A stretch of 64,000 bases of DNA from Mobula hypostoma (GCF_963921235.1 NC_086097.1:24988001-25052000), one strand, 5' to 3'; shown: positions 51,411 to 63,850, counted from the first letter of the stretch. Translations and numbers: made by a program. The notes: generated from the sequence alone by a model not told the origin.

Positions 51411-51480
51411 AACTGAAGGAAGAGTTAGTAAGAGATTGCCCCTCCCACTTTCAAATTTCTTACTAACTCTTCCTTCAGTT

Positions 51481-51516
51481 AGTCCTGACGAAGGGTCTTG
51501 GCCTGAAACGTCGACT
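51481..51516 (+). ncRNA. Minimal type I hammerhead ribozyme motif
   Basis: AGTC CTGACGA AGGGTCTTGGCCT GAAAC GTC GACT, the mirror copy of 51375-51410. Confidence 0.75.
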
Positions 51517-53500
51517 GTACCTCTTCCTAGAGATGCTGCCTGGCCTGCTGTGTTCACCAGCAACTTTGATGTGTGTTGCTTAAAATGTTAAGATGCTATT
51601 GACTTGTATAACCATATAACAATTACAGCACAGAAACAGGCCATCTCTGCCCTTCTAGTCCATGCCGAACGCTACTCTCACCTAGTCCTACTGACCTGCA
51701 CTCAGCCCATAACCCTCCATTCCTTTCCTGTCCATATACCTATCCAATTTTTCTTTAAATGATAATATCGAACCTGCCTCTACCACTTCTACTGGAAGTT
51801 CATTCAACACTTACTTCAAGCACCCCTGTCTGCCCCTGATAATTGACTTATCGCTATATTCATGCGAGGAAAATATGCGCTGTGTGTTTAATATTAAATT
51901 CGTTAGATAAACCCTTTTAGAAACGAAATTGAGTGTATTAGCCACTTATCACCTATATTCCAGGCGTGATTAACACTCCCCCCCAGGTCCGAACAGAATC
52001 GCCAAAAGCGATTTGTAGAAAAAAATCGACACGTACACTCATGCGCAAGTCACTCATGCGCACTGGTGCCTGTGCAAGGCTCCACGGTCATTGTAGTCTT
52101 TTCGGGGTAAACACAACGTATTTAACTGCTACTCTTGTCCGTTGGCAACCCTACTCCCCCCTCCCCCGGTCTGCCGGTCCGCAAGAATATTGTCAATAAT
52201 AAACCGGTCCGCAATGCAAAAAAGGTTGGGGACCCCTGGTCTAAGGGATGGCTTTTTAGAACACCTTGTTTGAGCCCACTAGGGGATCAGCTGCGCTGGA
52301 TTGGGTGTTGTGTAATGATCCAGAGGTGATAAGAGAGCTTAAGGCTAAGGAACCCTTGGGGAATAGTGATCACAATATGACTGAGTTCAGTTTGAAATTT
52401 GAGAAGGAGAAACTAAATTCCAATGTGTCAGTATTCCAGTGGAATAAAGGAAATGACAATGGCATGAGAGGGAAACTGGCCAAGGTTGACTGGAAAGGGA
52501 CACTAACAGGAAGGACAGCAGAGCAGCAATGGCTGGAGTTTCTGCGAAAAATGAGGGAAGTGCAAGACAGATATATTCCAAATAAGAAGAAATTTTCAAA
52601 TGGAAGAAGGACACTACCGTGGCTGACAAGCGAAGTCAGAACCAAAGTAAAAGCAAAAGAGAGGGCATGCAAGGAAGCCAAAGCTAGTGGGAAGACAGAG
52701 GATTGGGAAACTTTTATAAACTTGCAGAAGGAAACTAAGAAGGTCATTAGGAAGGAAAAGATGAATTATTAAGGAATCTGGTGACTAATATCAAAGAAGA
52801 TATTAAAAGCTTTTTTAAGTATACAAAGGGTAAAAGACAGTTAAGGGTAGATATAGGACCAATAGAAAATGACACTGGAGATATTGTAATGAGGGAAGCA
52901 GATATGGTAGAGGAACTGAATGCTTATTTTGCATCACAATGGAAGACATCTGCAGTATACCGGACATTCAAGAGTGTCAGGGAAGTGAAGTAGTGCAGTG
53001 AAAATTACGACTGAGAAGGTGCTCAGGAAGCTTAATGGTCTGAGGGTGGATTAATCTCCTGGACCTGATGGAATGCACCCCTGGGTTCTGAAGGAAGCAG
53101 CTGGAGAGATTACGGAGGCATTAACAATGATCTTTCAAGAATCAATAGATTCTGGTATTGTACCAGATGACTGGAAAATTGCAAATGTTACTCTGCTATT
53201 TAAGAAGGGTGGGAGGTAGCAGAAAGGAAACTATGGAGCTGTTAGCCTGACATCAGTGGTTGGGAAGTTGTTGGAATCGATTGTTAGGGATGGGATTACG
53301 GAATACCTGGAGGTACAGGACAAGAAAGGACAAAGCCAGCATGGTTTCCTGAAAGGAAAATCCTACCTGACTAACCTTCTGCAATTTTTTGAGGAAATTA
53401 CAAGCAAACTAGACAAAGGAGATGCAGTAAATGTGGTGTACTTGGATTTTCTGAAGGCCTCGGTCAAAGTGCTGCACATGAGGCTGCCTAGCAAGATAAT

Positions 53501-54352
53501 GATGACTCTGCCATAGTTGGATGCATCAGCAAGGGAGATTAGGCTGAGTACAGGGCTATGGTAGAAAACTTTGTCACATGGTGTGAGCAGAATTATCTGC
53601 AGCTTAATGTGAAAAAGACTGAGGAGCTGGTGGTAGACCTGAGGAGAGCTAAGGTACCGGTGACCCCTGTTTCCATCCAGGGGGTCAGTGTGGACATGGT
53701 GGAGAATTACAAATACCTGGGGATATGAATTGACAATAAACTGGACTGGTCAAAGAACACTGAGGCTGTCTACAAGAAGGGTCAGAGCCGTCTCTATTTC
53801 CCGAGGAGACTGAGGTCCTTTAACATCTGCCGGACGATGCTGAGGATGTTCTACAAGTCTGTGGTGGCCAGTGCTATCACGTTTGCTGTTGTGTGCTGGG
53901 GCAGCAGGCTGAGGGTGGCAGACACCAACAGTATCAACAAACTCATTCGTAAGGCCAGTGATGTTGTAGGGATGGAACTGGACTCTCTGACGGTGGTGTC
54001 TGAAAAGAGGATGCTGTCTAAGTTGCAGGCCATCTTGGACAATGTCTCCCATCCACTACATAATGTACTGGTGGACACAGGAGTACATTCAGCCAGAGAC
54101 TCATTCCACCGAGATGCAACACAGAGCGTCATAGGAAGTCATTCCTGCCTGTGGCCATCAAACTTTACAACTCCTCCCTTGGAGGGTCAGACGTCCTGAG
54201 CCAATAGGCTGGTCCTGGATTTATTTCGTAATTTACTGGCATAATTTACATATTACTATTTAACTATTTATGGTTTTATTACTATTTATTATTTATGGTG
54301 CAACTGTAACGAAAACCGATTTCCCCCGGGATAAATAGAGTATGACTATGAC
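53501..54352 (+). mobile_element. Rex1/Babar-type LINE, 5'-truncated at the RT DD motif, nested in CR1
   Basis: DDSAIVGCI...WCEQNYLQLNVKKTEELVVD...YKYLG...SRLYF; (TATGAC)n tail; ATAA flanks both ends. Confidence 0.85.
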
Positions 54353-56133
54353 TATAAGAGCCCATAGAATTACAGGGGAGTTACTAGCATGGGTGGAGCA
54401 TTGGCTGATAGGCAGAAAACAGAGAGTGGGAATAAAGGGATCTTATTCTGGCTGGCTGCCGGTTACCAGTGGAGTTCCACAGGGGGCAGTGTTGGGACTG
54501 CTGATTTTAACAATGTATGTCAATGATCTGGACTATGGGATTAATGGATTTGTGGCTAAATTTGCCGATGATACAAAGATAGGTGGAGGAGCAGGTAGTG
54601 TTGAGGAAACAGGGAGGCTGCAGAGAGACTTAGATAGTTTAGGGGAATGGACAAAGAAGCGACAAATGAAATACAATGTTGGAAAGTGTATGGTCATGCA
54701 CTTTGGTGGAAGAAATAAATGGGCAGACTATTATTTAGATGGGGAGAGAATTCAAAATGCAGAGATGCAAAAGGATTTGAGGGTCCTTGTGCAGGATACC
54801 CTAAAGGTTAACCTCCAGGTTGAGTCAGTGGCAAAGAAGGCGAATGCAATGTTGGCATTCATTTCTAGAGGTATAGAATATAAGAGCAGGGATGTGATGT
54901 TGAGGCTCTATAAGGCACTCGTGAGATCGCACTTGGAGTATTATGTGCAGTTTTGGGCTCCTTATTTTAGAAAGGATATACTGACATTGGAGCGGGTTCA
55001 GAGAAGATTCACGAGAATGATTCCAGGAATGAAAGAGTTACCATATGAGGAACGTCTGGCAGCTCTTGGGCCGTATTCCCTGGAGTTCAGGAGAATGAGG
55101 GGGGGATCTCATAGAAACATTCCAAATATTAAAAACTGAACAGATTAGATATGGCAAAGTTATTTCCCACAGTAGGGGAGTCTAGGACAAGGGGGCACGA
55201 CTTCAGAATTGAAGGACGTCCATTTAGAACAGAGATGCGGAGAAAAAATCTATGGAATTTGTTGCCATGAGTGGCTGTGGAGGCCAAATCACTGGGTGCA
55301 TTTAAGGCCGAGATAGATAGGTTCTCGATCAGGCAGGCCTTCTAAAAGGTATGGGGAGCAGGCAGGGGAGTGGAGATGACTGGAAGAATTGGATCAGTCC
55401 ATGATTGAATGGTGGAGCAGACTCGATGGGCCAAATAGCCTACTTCTGCTCCTATATCTCATGGTCTTATACACCAAAAAAATGCAGATTTAAAGGCAAA
55501 ATTTGCAGAAAATGCAACAAAGTAGGACACATACAAAGAGCATGTCAGGCTTACAATAATGAATAGACTACACAGGGAAGAGAAAACGTTAAAAAGTCAG
55601 GTGGCAGTTTCAAAAACAGCACTAATCTGTTGATGAAAAATCTGATAATGAGGAGAGTGACTAATAATTGTTTAGCCTTGAAAATAAGTATGAAAATTAA
55701 CATTAGACAAGCAGTAGGGCTTATGCTGGAAGTGAACAGTAAATCAATTAAAATGGAATTAAACAGTAATTCTGCTGTTTCAGTCATTCCATGAGTTTGA
55801 ACAGCATTTCAAAGATACCAAACTGAAGCTTGCAAATATCCAAATAAGAATTTATATTGGAGAAGAGATAACTCCTGTGGGAATGACATCTGCATTTGTG
55901 AAATGCAACAAACAATAAGCCACATTGAGCTTGTATGTGGTAAAAACAGATGGACCAATATTATGGGCCCATGACTGGCTGAAACAATTACAACTTAATT
56001 GGACATCCATCCTCGATTTGCATGCCACATCCCCTACAATGAAGCTGAATGAAAGCAAATTTAGAAAGGTACTGGACGATGCCACAACTGTCTCCATGCC
56101 GAACACCATGAACCATTGCCCAACAGAGGACAA

Positions 56134-56790
56134 ACGGCTATTGGTGCCAAAATCTGTGCCTCTGGTTGGAAAGCATATTGGACCAAGGAAGGACCATGCC
56201 GGTCAGAGGAATTGCAAAAATGACAAAAGCTGTGGTCCAACTACAACAGTTTTTGTTGGCAACATACCTTGGAAAATTTCTGATATGTTAATCAGGCGGT
56301 TACAAAATGTGCCTGGAAAAGAGTTCAAAGAGCTTCAGGAAAGTTGCAAGCATTCGGCATTTGTGGGTATAAAGAACCAGAATCTACTCTGCATGCATTA
56401 AGGTTATTGCATGAACTTCAAGTGAAAGACAAAAACGGCTTGCAAAAGTAGATGCAAAGACCAAAATCCAGCTCGATGAATGGAAGGCCAAAAAGAATGG
56501 AGTCAATGAAGATACAAAAACAGAGAATTCATTTGATGATGTTGTGGAAGAGAAAACCAAGAGGAGAGATGAAATTGTAAAGGGAGAAATAGGATTAATA
56601 AGAGAATATTCCAGAGACCTAAATGGACCTTCCTAAGATTGGAGTACACAAATTAGAAAAAGGAAAAGGAGGGAACAGATGGAGAGAAAGAATGTGAACG
56701 AGAAAGAGAAAAGTGCGAAAGAGAGAAGGAAGATGAGAAAGAAAAAGAAAGGGACCAAAGTAGATCCAGTGAGAGAAAAGGAGAAGAAAG
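56134..56790 (+). pseudogene. RBM25: Processed fragment of RNA-binding protein 25 mRNA (RRM and start of the RE/RD region) inside the Gypsy element
   Basis: Across frameshifts: LVPKSVPLVGKHIGPRKDH...CGPTTTVFVGNI..KISDMLIR / WKRVQRASGKLQAFGICGYKEPESTLHALRLLHELQV / KVDAKTKIQLDEWKAKK...KTKRRDEIVKG..LIREYSRDLNGPS. This is collinear with vertebrate RBM25 as I recall it. No introns; has stops and deletions. Confidence 0.9.
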
Positions 56791-57131
56791 GTAGCCAGAG
56801 CTGTCAGAACCACTTCCTGCGGTCTGGGAGTCAATTTCTACAAGCACCGCGGAGGAGGCCCCAGAACCTGGGATTTTTCACAGCCACAAGTCGCACCTGC
56901 CAAGCGGAGTGACCTCCCTTGTTAGGAAAGACATTGTCCAACAAGAGTAAGAAAGCCTCCACAGTGATGAAATCTTTCAGCCTAAATGAAACAAATTAAA
57001 CTTTACTGTGCTGTAGATATCTGTGTATAGTAGTTGTGTTATATAGTATACTGTGTATATAGTTGAGATGCACTCTCTGTTGAGTTGCAGTTTATCGCTA
57101 AGCAGTGAGGAGTCTTGTGTATTTAATATTT

Positions 57132-58186
57132 CAGAGGCTCCACGCAACCACTAAACTCCATAGAGAGCAGGTCCTGGAGCTGCAGTATGCAGACGACTGT
57201 GCTCTTGTGGCCCATACTCCGGAGGATCTTCAGACTGTCCGGGCTGTGGCGGTGAGAGCGTACCACAGGATGGGGCTGACTGTCAATACCACCAAGACAG
57301 AAGTGGTTTGCCAATGGAGTACTAGTGTCCCACCCACTCTACTTGCCTTCACTGTTGGTGATGAAAAGCTGTCAGTAGTGCCATCTTTCAAATATCTGAG
57401 GAGCATTCTCTCTGAGGATAGCGGCATTGACGACGACATCCAGAGCTGCATTAAACAGGCATCAACTGCCATTGGGAGACTTTGGCGTAGAGTCTTCCAG
57501 AACAGGAGCCTTCGTCCCTCCACAAAGGTCACCGTATACCAAGCGGTCTGTGTCATCACCCTCCTTTATCGCTGCGAAGCTTGGGTAACCTACAGCCGTC
57601 ACATCAAGTCCTTGGAGTGCTTCCACATAAGCTGCCTCCAGCACATCCTGGGAATTACCTGGCGTGAGCGGGTGCCTCACACTGAAATATTTGTAAAGAC
57701 CAACTGCAGGCTATTGAGGCCATGATCACCCAGCGTCAGCTGCAGTGGCTGGGGCACACGATAAGGATGCCCCCATGTCGGCTACCCCGCAGAGTGTTAT
57801 ACGGCCAGCTACACCATGGTCAATGCTCAGCTGGAGGGCCGAAGAAGTGCTATAAGGATCAGATGAAGAATGCTTTAAGGAAGTTCAAGATCAGATCCAA
57901 GAACCTGGGGGATGTTGCTGCTGACCGTACTACTTGGCGACAGCTGTGTAGGGACGGGGTTTGTATTCTGGAGATGAAAAGAACAACCAGAAGACAGCAG
58001 AAGAGAGCCAGGAGAAATGCAAACATGGTTGCCGCCACTACCATCACTACCACATATACATGTCCCATCTGCAATAGAGCTTGTGGGTCCAGGATAGGAC
58101 TGTATAGTCATCAAAGATCTCACCGTTAAAGGAGTGGACATCATCATCGGATTTCGATGGACAACCGAAGAGAGAGAAGAGAAGAG
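57132..58186 (+). mobile_element. RTE-clade LINE, 5'-truncated, inserted in the Gypsy LTR
   Basis: LQYADDCAL, GLTVNTTKTEV, LQWLGHTIRM, C-terminal CPICNRACGSRIGLYSHQRSH; (GAAGA)n tail; AATATTT on both flanks. Confidence 0.9.
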
Positions 58187-58910
58187 AATATTTGGGTACT
58201 CTTGTGTATATATTGGTTAATTTAGCATTCTTTTTCATTTAAGTAATTAATTACAGGTTATATATAAAAATACATAAATTACTTACATCATCACGCTACC
58301 ACATGATACATGGGCATCTCACCTGAAGTAAAGACTAAATTACACTCGTACTTCGGACTCTCATGTCTTCCTTTGAATTAATTTAATGTTTTGATGTTAC
58401 AAAACATAACAGTGACCACTTTGCTTTGACAGGCAACAGTGTTGTACAGCTACACTCCCTCCTTCCCGTCCACCTCATCGAATTTGGGTTACTACCAACT
58501 GCACCACTGTGTTGTCCCAAAAACCAACCACCACTGCTAACATATCATAGAAACAAGAGGTTCTGCAGATACCGGGAATCCAGAACAACACGTACAAAAT
58601 GTTTCTAATCCACAGGTGCTGCCTCACTTGCTGACGTACATAAGAACATAAGAAACGGGAGCAGGAGTAGGCCATCTGGCCCATCGAGCCTACTCCGCCA
58701 TTCAATAAGAACATGGCTGATCTGGCCATGGACTCATCTCTACCTACATGCCTTTTCCCCATAACCCTTCGTTCCCCTGTCTGTCCAGGTACCATTTCTG
58801 ATGCAGACTTTGGTGACCATGGTTTTGCATATAGATCTATCCTTCGTTTTTTGGATGACTTCCATTTCTTCAATGTGTAGCCACCTGGCCAGGCTTTCAA
58901 TGTACATAAG

Positions 58911-59611
58911 CGTAAACCCCCTTGCCAGCCTCAGGGTCGCTCGGCTCGCTGTTTTCTAGGGAAACAGCCCCCGGCCCCGCCAAACTAGGTAATTAGTTTG
59001 TGTGGATGCTGTGTGATGTACCCCACCCCACCCAAATAACAGACAATGCACCAGATACGATTAAATGATTTACAGTTTATAGATATTACTGGAACTATAT
59101 AATTAATAGAGAATAAAATATAAAAGGAAAATAAAAGGCGCCACACTTATCAAAGTTCAATCTCTTCGTGCGCAAACAGTTGGAGCTCAGGACCCTTCTT
59201 CTTCACCCTGCGACCCCTCGGACCACCTCAACCGGCCGCCTGGGACCAACAATGGTGGTCGACCAGACGCTCCACACGAGTCCGTCTCCGTCTCCTCGCC
59301 AAACACCCTCCTCAGGGTCTGACCCTGTTAGCAGACATCACAGCACCTGGTCCATCCTGTCTCTCTCTCTCTCTCTCTCGCCTTCTCCCCCAAAACCCCA
59401 CGTATACAGTATCTTCAAATACACCAAAAACATAACAATTATCCCAATTGGTTCGTAACATATTCTTATCACACTCCTAACCCAAAACAAGCTGCTAGCG
59501 CAAAACTTTCTCAACGTTTAACATAACAAAGAAGCATTCCCAAGTATAACATAACAAAGAAGCCATTTTAATGAGCCTATGCAGTAACATAAGAGACGAA
59601 ACCCCCTTACA
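58911..59611. mobile_element. Solo LTR (701 bp) inserted in an RTE-like LINE 3' fragment
   Basis: CGTAA...TTACA ends with TSD TAAG (58907-58910, 59612-59615). Removal restores the minus-strand peptide KPRGRPWLMYIESLARW. Confidence 0.7.
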
Positions 59612-61151
59612 TAAGCCAAGGTCTTCCTCTAGGTTTACTCCCCTCAATCTTTCGAGAGAGTATGAGTCTTTCTAGTTCATCTTTCCGCATGATATGTCCT
59701 AGGAATCTGAGTTGTCTTTCTCTTATTGTTGGTATGTTCATTCCCCTACTATGCAAAAATCTATCCAAAGTTCCTACCGAGTTCCTCCAGCATTTTCCGT
59801 GTACTGATTGTAACATTCGATAGAAGTAAGTCATTAACAAATTTAAGTTATTTTGGATGTGCTTATTAATATGTGTTAATGCTTTTCGGACATCATTCCA
59901 CATGTTAATGTTTATTTGGGCTGTGCATTGGACACAAGGGCAGGGGCTGTAAATGTTATCCTCACATTTTTAGTGTTTTCTGTGGGAAATCTGTGTCCAT
60001 GTCGGAAGTGATGGGTGCAGGCTCGATTTGAACAGTTAAGAGGAATTTAGTCAAGTTCATGGATGGGAGGGTATGGAGGGCTATGATCCAGCTGCAGGTC
60101 GATGGGACTAGGCAGAATAATAGTTTGGCACAAACCAAATAGGCTGAAGGGCCTGTTTATCTGCTGTAGTACCTATGCAAGACTTTCCAGGCGCAGATCC
60201 ATGGTCTCACGAGACTAACGGATGCCACCAACCAGTACTCTATGACTCCATAAATCCACTTCTGGAAAGGTCGAACACAAAACAATGCATCACAGTATGG
60301 GCTCTTCAGGCCGAACGTTTAACCTACTCTCAGATCAATCTAACCTTTCCCTCCCGCATAGTCCTCCATTTTTCTTTCATACATCTGCCTTTCTAACAGT
60401 CACTTAAATTTCCCTAATGTATCTGCCTCTACCACCACCCCAGCAGTGCTTTCCACACACCAACCACTCTCTGTGTCATGGATACAAAAAGGTTTAGAGG
60501 GAAATGGGCCAAGTATGGGCAAATGGGACTAGCTTAGCTTGGGATCTTGGTCAGCATAGATGAGATGGGCTGAAGGGCCTGTTTGTCTGCTGTATTACTC
60601 TTTGACTCTATAACGCTTTTGATTGAGAGTTCTGGCATTTTAATGAAACAAAGTGGAAGTAATGGTGAGATAATGGGCTGCCCGGTAGCATGGCGATTAA
60701 CATACAACTTTACATCACCAGTGATCAGGGTTCAGTTCCTGCCATTGTCTGTAAGGAGTTTTTACGTTCTCCCTGTGGCCACGTAGGTTTCCTCTGGGTG
60801 GTCCAGTGTCTTTCCACATTCCAAAAGGCATATGGTTTAGGCAGACATCCCACCCTGCAAAAACTCATTTCAGGGAGGTAGCACCACCATTTCACGGAGA
60901 TAGCACCCCCGTCCCCCGCAAACCCATACCCCCCCCCGTCGACCTCCAAGGGTGTATGTAATACTTTTTTTAGTGATTTTGTCTAATATGTAAGCCAAGT
61001 TGGGTATATGAAGCAAATGTGACATTAAAATATGTACTTATATTATCATGTTTATTCTATTACAACTTTAAGCAAGTCTACAGGGAGTTTGGCCTCATCA
61101 CGTAGGACATCAATAGCGTAGCTCCTTGGCAGCTAGCCAGCTAGCTTAAAT

Positions 61152-62345
61152 CAGGGGTCCCCAAACATTTTTGCACCGCGGACCGTTTTAATATTGACAA
61201 TATTCTTGTGGACCAGCCAACCCAGGGGTGGGGGGGAGGTGGGGGTGGGTGGGTGTTAAACGTGGCTGGAATATAGGTGATTCAACTATAAGTCACTTGT
61301 AAGTGGCTAATACACTCTATTTCATTTCTAAAGGGGTTTATCTAACGAATTTAATACTAAACACACAGTGCATATTTTCCTCACATGAATGTAGTGATAA
61401 GTCATTATAACAGTGGTCCCAAACCTGCAGGCCGCGAAGAACGCAGCAGTACAGCAATGGCCGGAACACACAATCTTTAAGAAAAAAGCCGAAATATACA
61501 AGCTAATTGATTAGATGCCACCTGGCACATAAATGTCGGCCCAGATCAGAGACGACGCAATCGGCAATCTCCTCTGATCCGGGCAGACATTTACGTGCTG
61601 GGCGGCACCTAATTAATTAGCTTGCTTATTTCAGCTTTTTTCTTAAAGATGTGCTGGGTGCCTTCCGGCCACCGCTGTATTCTTCGCGGCCCGGAGGTTG
61701 GAGACAACTGAATTATATGTCACTTATAAGTCAATAGTATCATAACATTTTAAGTAACGTTTGGATATTAAACACACAGCGCATATTTTCCTCGTATGAA
61801 CATATAAAATCACTGCAGCGCACCAATATCGCTGAATCAGTGGGAGCCCTGGGCTTGTTTTCCTGCAACAAGATGGTCCCATCGAGAGGTGATGGGAGAC
61901 AGTGATACTCGAAGGGGGTTCCTTATGTCCAGTCTATTCCGCAATTTAGTTTTCGTTGCATTCATTGCAGAAAACCCCGCTTCGCAGAAATATGTTGGAA
62001 ATGGAAGCAACGTTTTCAGTGCTTTCGTGGCTATTTCAGGATATTCAACCTTGACTTTGATCCAGAATGCCAGCAGAGATGTTCTGTCAAACATACTTTT
62101 CAGCCCATCTCATTTGCAAGCTCGAGGAGTTGATCTTTTTCCCGCGCTGACATGGATGATTCACTGGGGACATTCACAAATGGGTCACGGACCCAATCCT
62201 TTGCACGTCTTGGGTCACTGATGACCTCGCGTGCGTTAAAATTCAACAGTGCATGACAGAGAATGAGGAAAGGTGCAGCTGACTCATATCGTTTCATATG
62301 GCCAAATCATATTGTTTCCTCGTGGCCCGGTGGTTGGGGACCACT
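61152..62345 (-). mobile_element. hAT-Charlie deletion derivative
   Basis: CAGGGGTCCCCAAAC...GGTTGGGGACCACT ends. ORF 61837-62094 reads FWIKVKVEYPEIATKALKTLLPFPTYFCEAGFSAMNATKTKLRNRL. Confidence 0.88.
61411..61710. mobile_element. 300-bp palindromic Charlie-type MITE
   Basis: CAGTGGTCCCAAACC / GGTTGGAGACAACTG ends; arms are complementary almost to the centre (about 61560). Confidence 0.8.
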
Positions 62346-63009
62346 CTTAGCACGAAGAGAGACCAATCAGGACGCTCGCTCTCCCTCTCCCTCTCAAAAA
62401 AATCTATTTCCGGGATATTGTATATAATTTCCGGGCGTCAGGGAGCACTATCGATATGCGGGAGACTCCCGGAACTTCCGGGAGAGGTGGGATGTCTGGT
62501 TTAAGGCTAATAAGTTGTGGGCATGCTATGTTGGCACTGGAAGCATGGTATCACCTTCGGGCTGCCCCCAGCACATTTTCGGACTTTGGTGTTCGCTGAT
62601 TCAAATGACACATTTCACTGTATGTATTCATGGACATGTTGACATAGAACATAGAACAAAGAACAGTAAAGCACAGAATAGGCCTTACAGCCCATGTTGT
62701 TATGCTGATATTTTAGCCTACTCTAACACTAACTCTTCCCTTCTACAAAGCCCTCCATTTTTCTATCATCCAAGTGCCTATTGAAGAGATTCTGAAATGC
62801 CCCAGATGTATAGAGTCAGACACAGACCACTACAGGCCCTTTGGCCCAACTAGACTGTGCCAAACTATTCATCTCCTTAGTCCCATCAAACTGCACCCAA
62901 ACCATCGCCCTCCATACCCCTCCCATCCAAGTATCTATCCAAATTTCTTTTATATTTTGAAATCGACCCCGTGTCCACCATTTACACCAACAGCTCGTTC
63001 AACATTCTT

Positions 63010-63850
63010 TATACTTTATACTTTAATGTCACTAAACAATTGATACTAGAATGTACAATCATCACAGCTCCCTGGATTACAAATCGATAGAAATATTAAA
63101 AATTCAAATTATAAATCATAAATAGAAAATAGAAAAATGGAAAATTAGGTAGTGCAAAAAAACCAAGAGGCAGGTCTGGATATTTGGAGGGTACGGCCCA
63201 AATCCGGGTCAGGATCCGTTCAGCAGTCTTATCACAGTTGGAAAGAAGCTGTTCCCAGATCTGGCCATACGAGTCTTCAAGCTCCTGAACCTTCTCCCGG
63301 AGGGAAGAGGAACGAAAAGTGTGTTGGCTGGGTGGGTCGTGTCCTTGATTATCCCGGCAGCACTGCTCCGACAGCGTGTGGTAAAAGTGAGTCCAAGGAC
63401 AGAAGATTGGTTTGTGTGATGTGCTGCGCCGTGTTCACGATCTTCTGCAGCTTCTTCCGGTCTTGGACAGGACAACTTCCATACCAGGTTGTGATGCACC
63501 CTAGAAGAATGCTTTCTATGGTGCATCTATAAAAGTTAGTGAGGGTTTTAGGGGACAGGCCAAATTTCTTTAGCTTTCTCAGGAAGTAAAGGGGCTGGTG
63601 GGCCTTCTTGGCAGTGGACTTTGCTTGGTTGGACCAAGTCAGGTCATTTATGATATTGACCCCGAGGAACTTAAAGCTTTTGACTTGTTCCACTTGCACA
63701 CTACCGATGTAAATGGGGTCGTGCGGTCCGCTACTCCTTCTGAAGTCAACAACCAATTCCTTCATCTTGCTGACATTGAGGGATAGGTTATTGTCTTCAC
63801 ACCATGCCACCAGGTTCTTAATTTCCTCTCTGTACTCAAACTCATCATTC
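63010..63850 (-). mobile_element. Rex1/Babar-type LINE 3' fragment
   Basis: ORF 63349-63867: WCEDNNLSLNVSKMKELVVDFRR, FKFLGV, LYFLRKLKKF. Confidence 0.88.

Larger units (their letters stand above)
51276..51578. mobile_element. Penelope-derived palindromic insertion (arms about 125 bp)
   Basis: Near-perfect inverted repeat with a 13-bp direct repeat CTTAAAATGTTAA (51263-51275, 51579-51591). Confidence 0.85.
50719..52238 (+). mobile_element. hAT-Charlie deletion derivative with a transposase C-terminal fragment
   Basis: TIRs CAGCGGTCCCCAACC / GGTTGGGGACCCCTG and 8-bp TSD GTCTAAGG. FWIKVKAEYPEIATKALKMLLPFPTYLC is hATC dimerisation-like. Confidence 0.9.
50570..55469 (+). mobile_element. 5'-truncated CR1 LINE, interrupted by Charlie and Rex1 insertions
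   Basis: ORFs 50572-50841, 52266-52772, 53256-53516 and 54342-55139 are collinear with ORF2 of the 26134-30276 copy. ATGGTCTT tail. Confidence 0.92.
50478..58410 (+). mobile_element. Non-autonomous Gypsy element (same lineage as Gypsy B) carrying an RBM25 mRNA fragment; pieces at 50478-50565, 55470-57131 and 58187-58410
   Basis: The gag piece matches the reverse complement of 3190-3260. Knuckle CRKCNKVGHIQRAC at about 55500, degenerate protease, ...FRKVLDDATTV as in Gypsy B, pol C-terminal-like ERHCPTRVRKPP at about 56925-56960, PPT-like tract at about 57100, LTR ending ...GTTACAAAACATAACA. Confidence 0.75.
60842..62498. mobile_element. hAT-like element (TIR CAGACATCCCACC) hosting a Charlie element
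   Basis: CAGACATCCCACC / GGTGGGATGTCTG ends with an imperfect 8-bp flanking repeat; splits a SINE. Confidence 0.7.

Noticed and set aside
56134..56790. Functional RBM25 exon or gene
   Set aside because: Frameshifts, stops, internal deletions, no splice sites, and embedded in Gypsy sequence.
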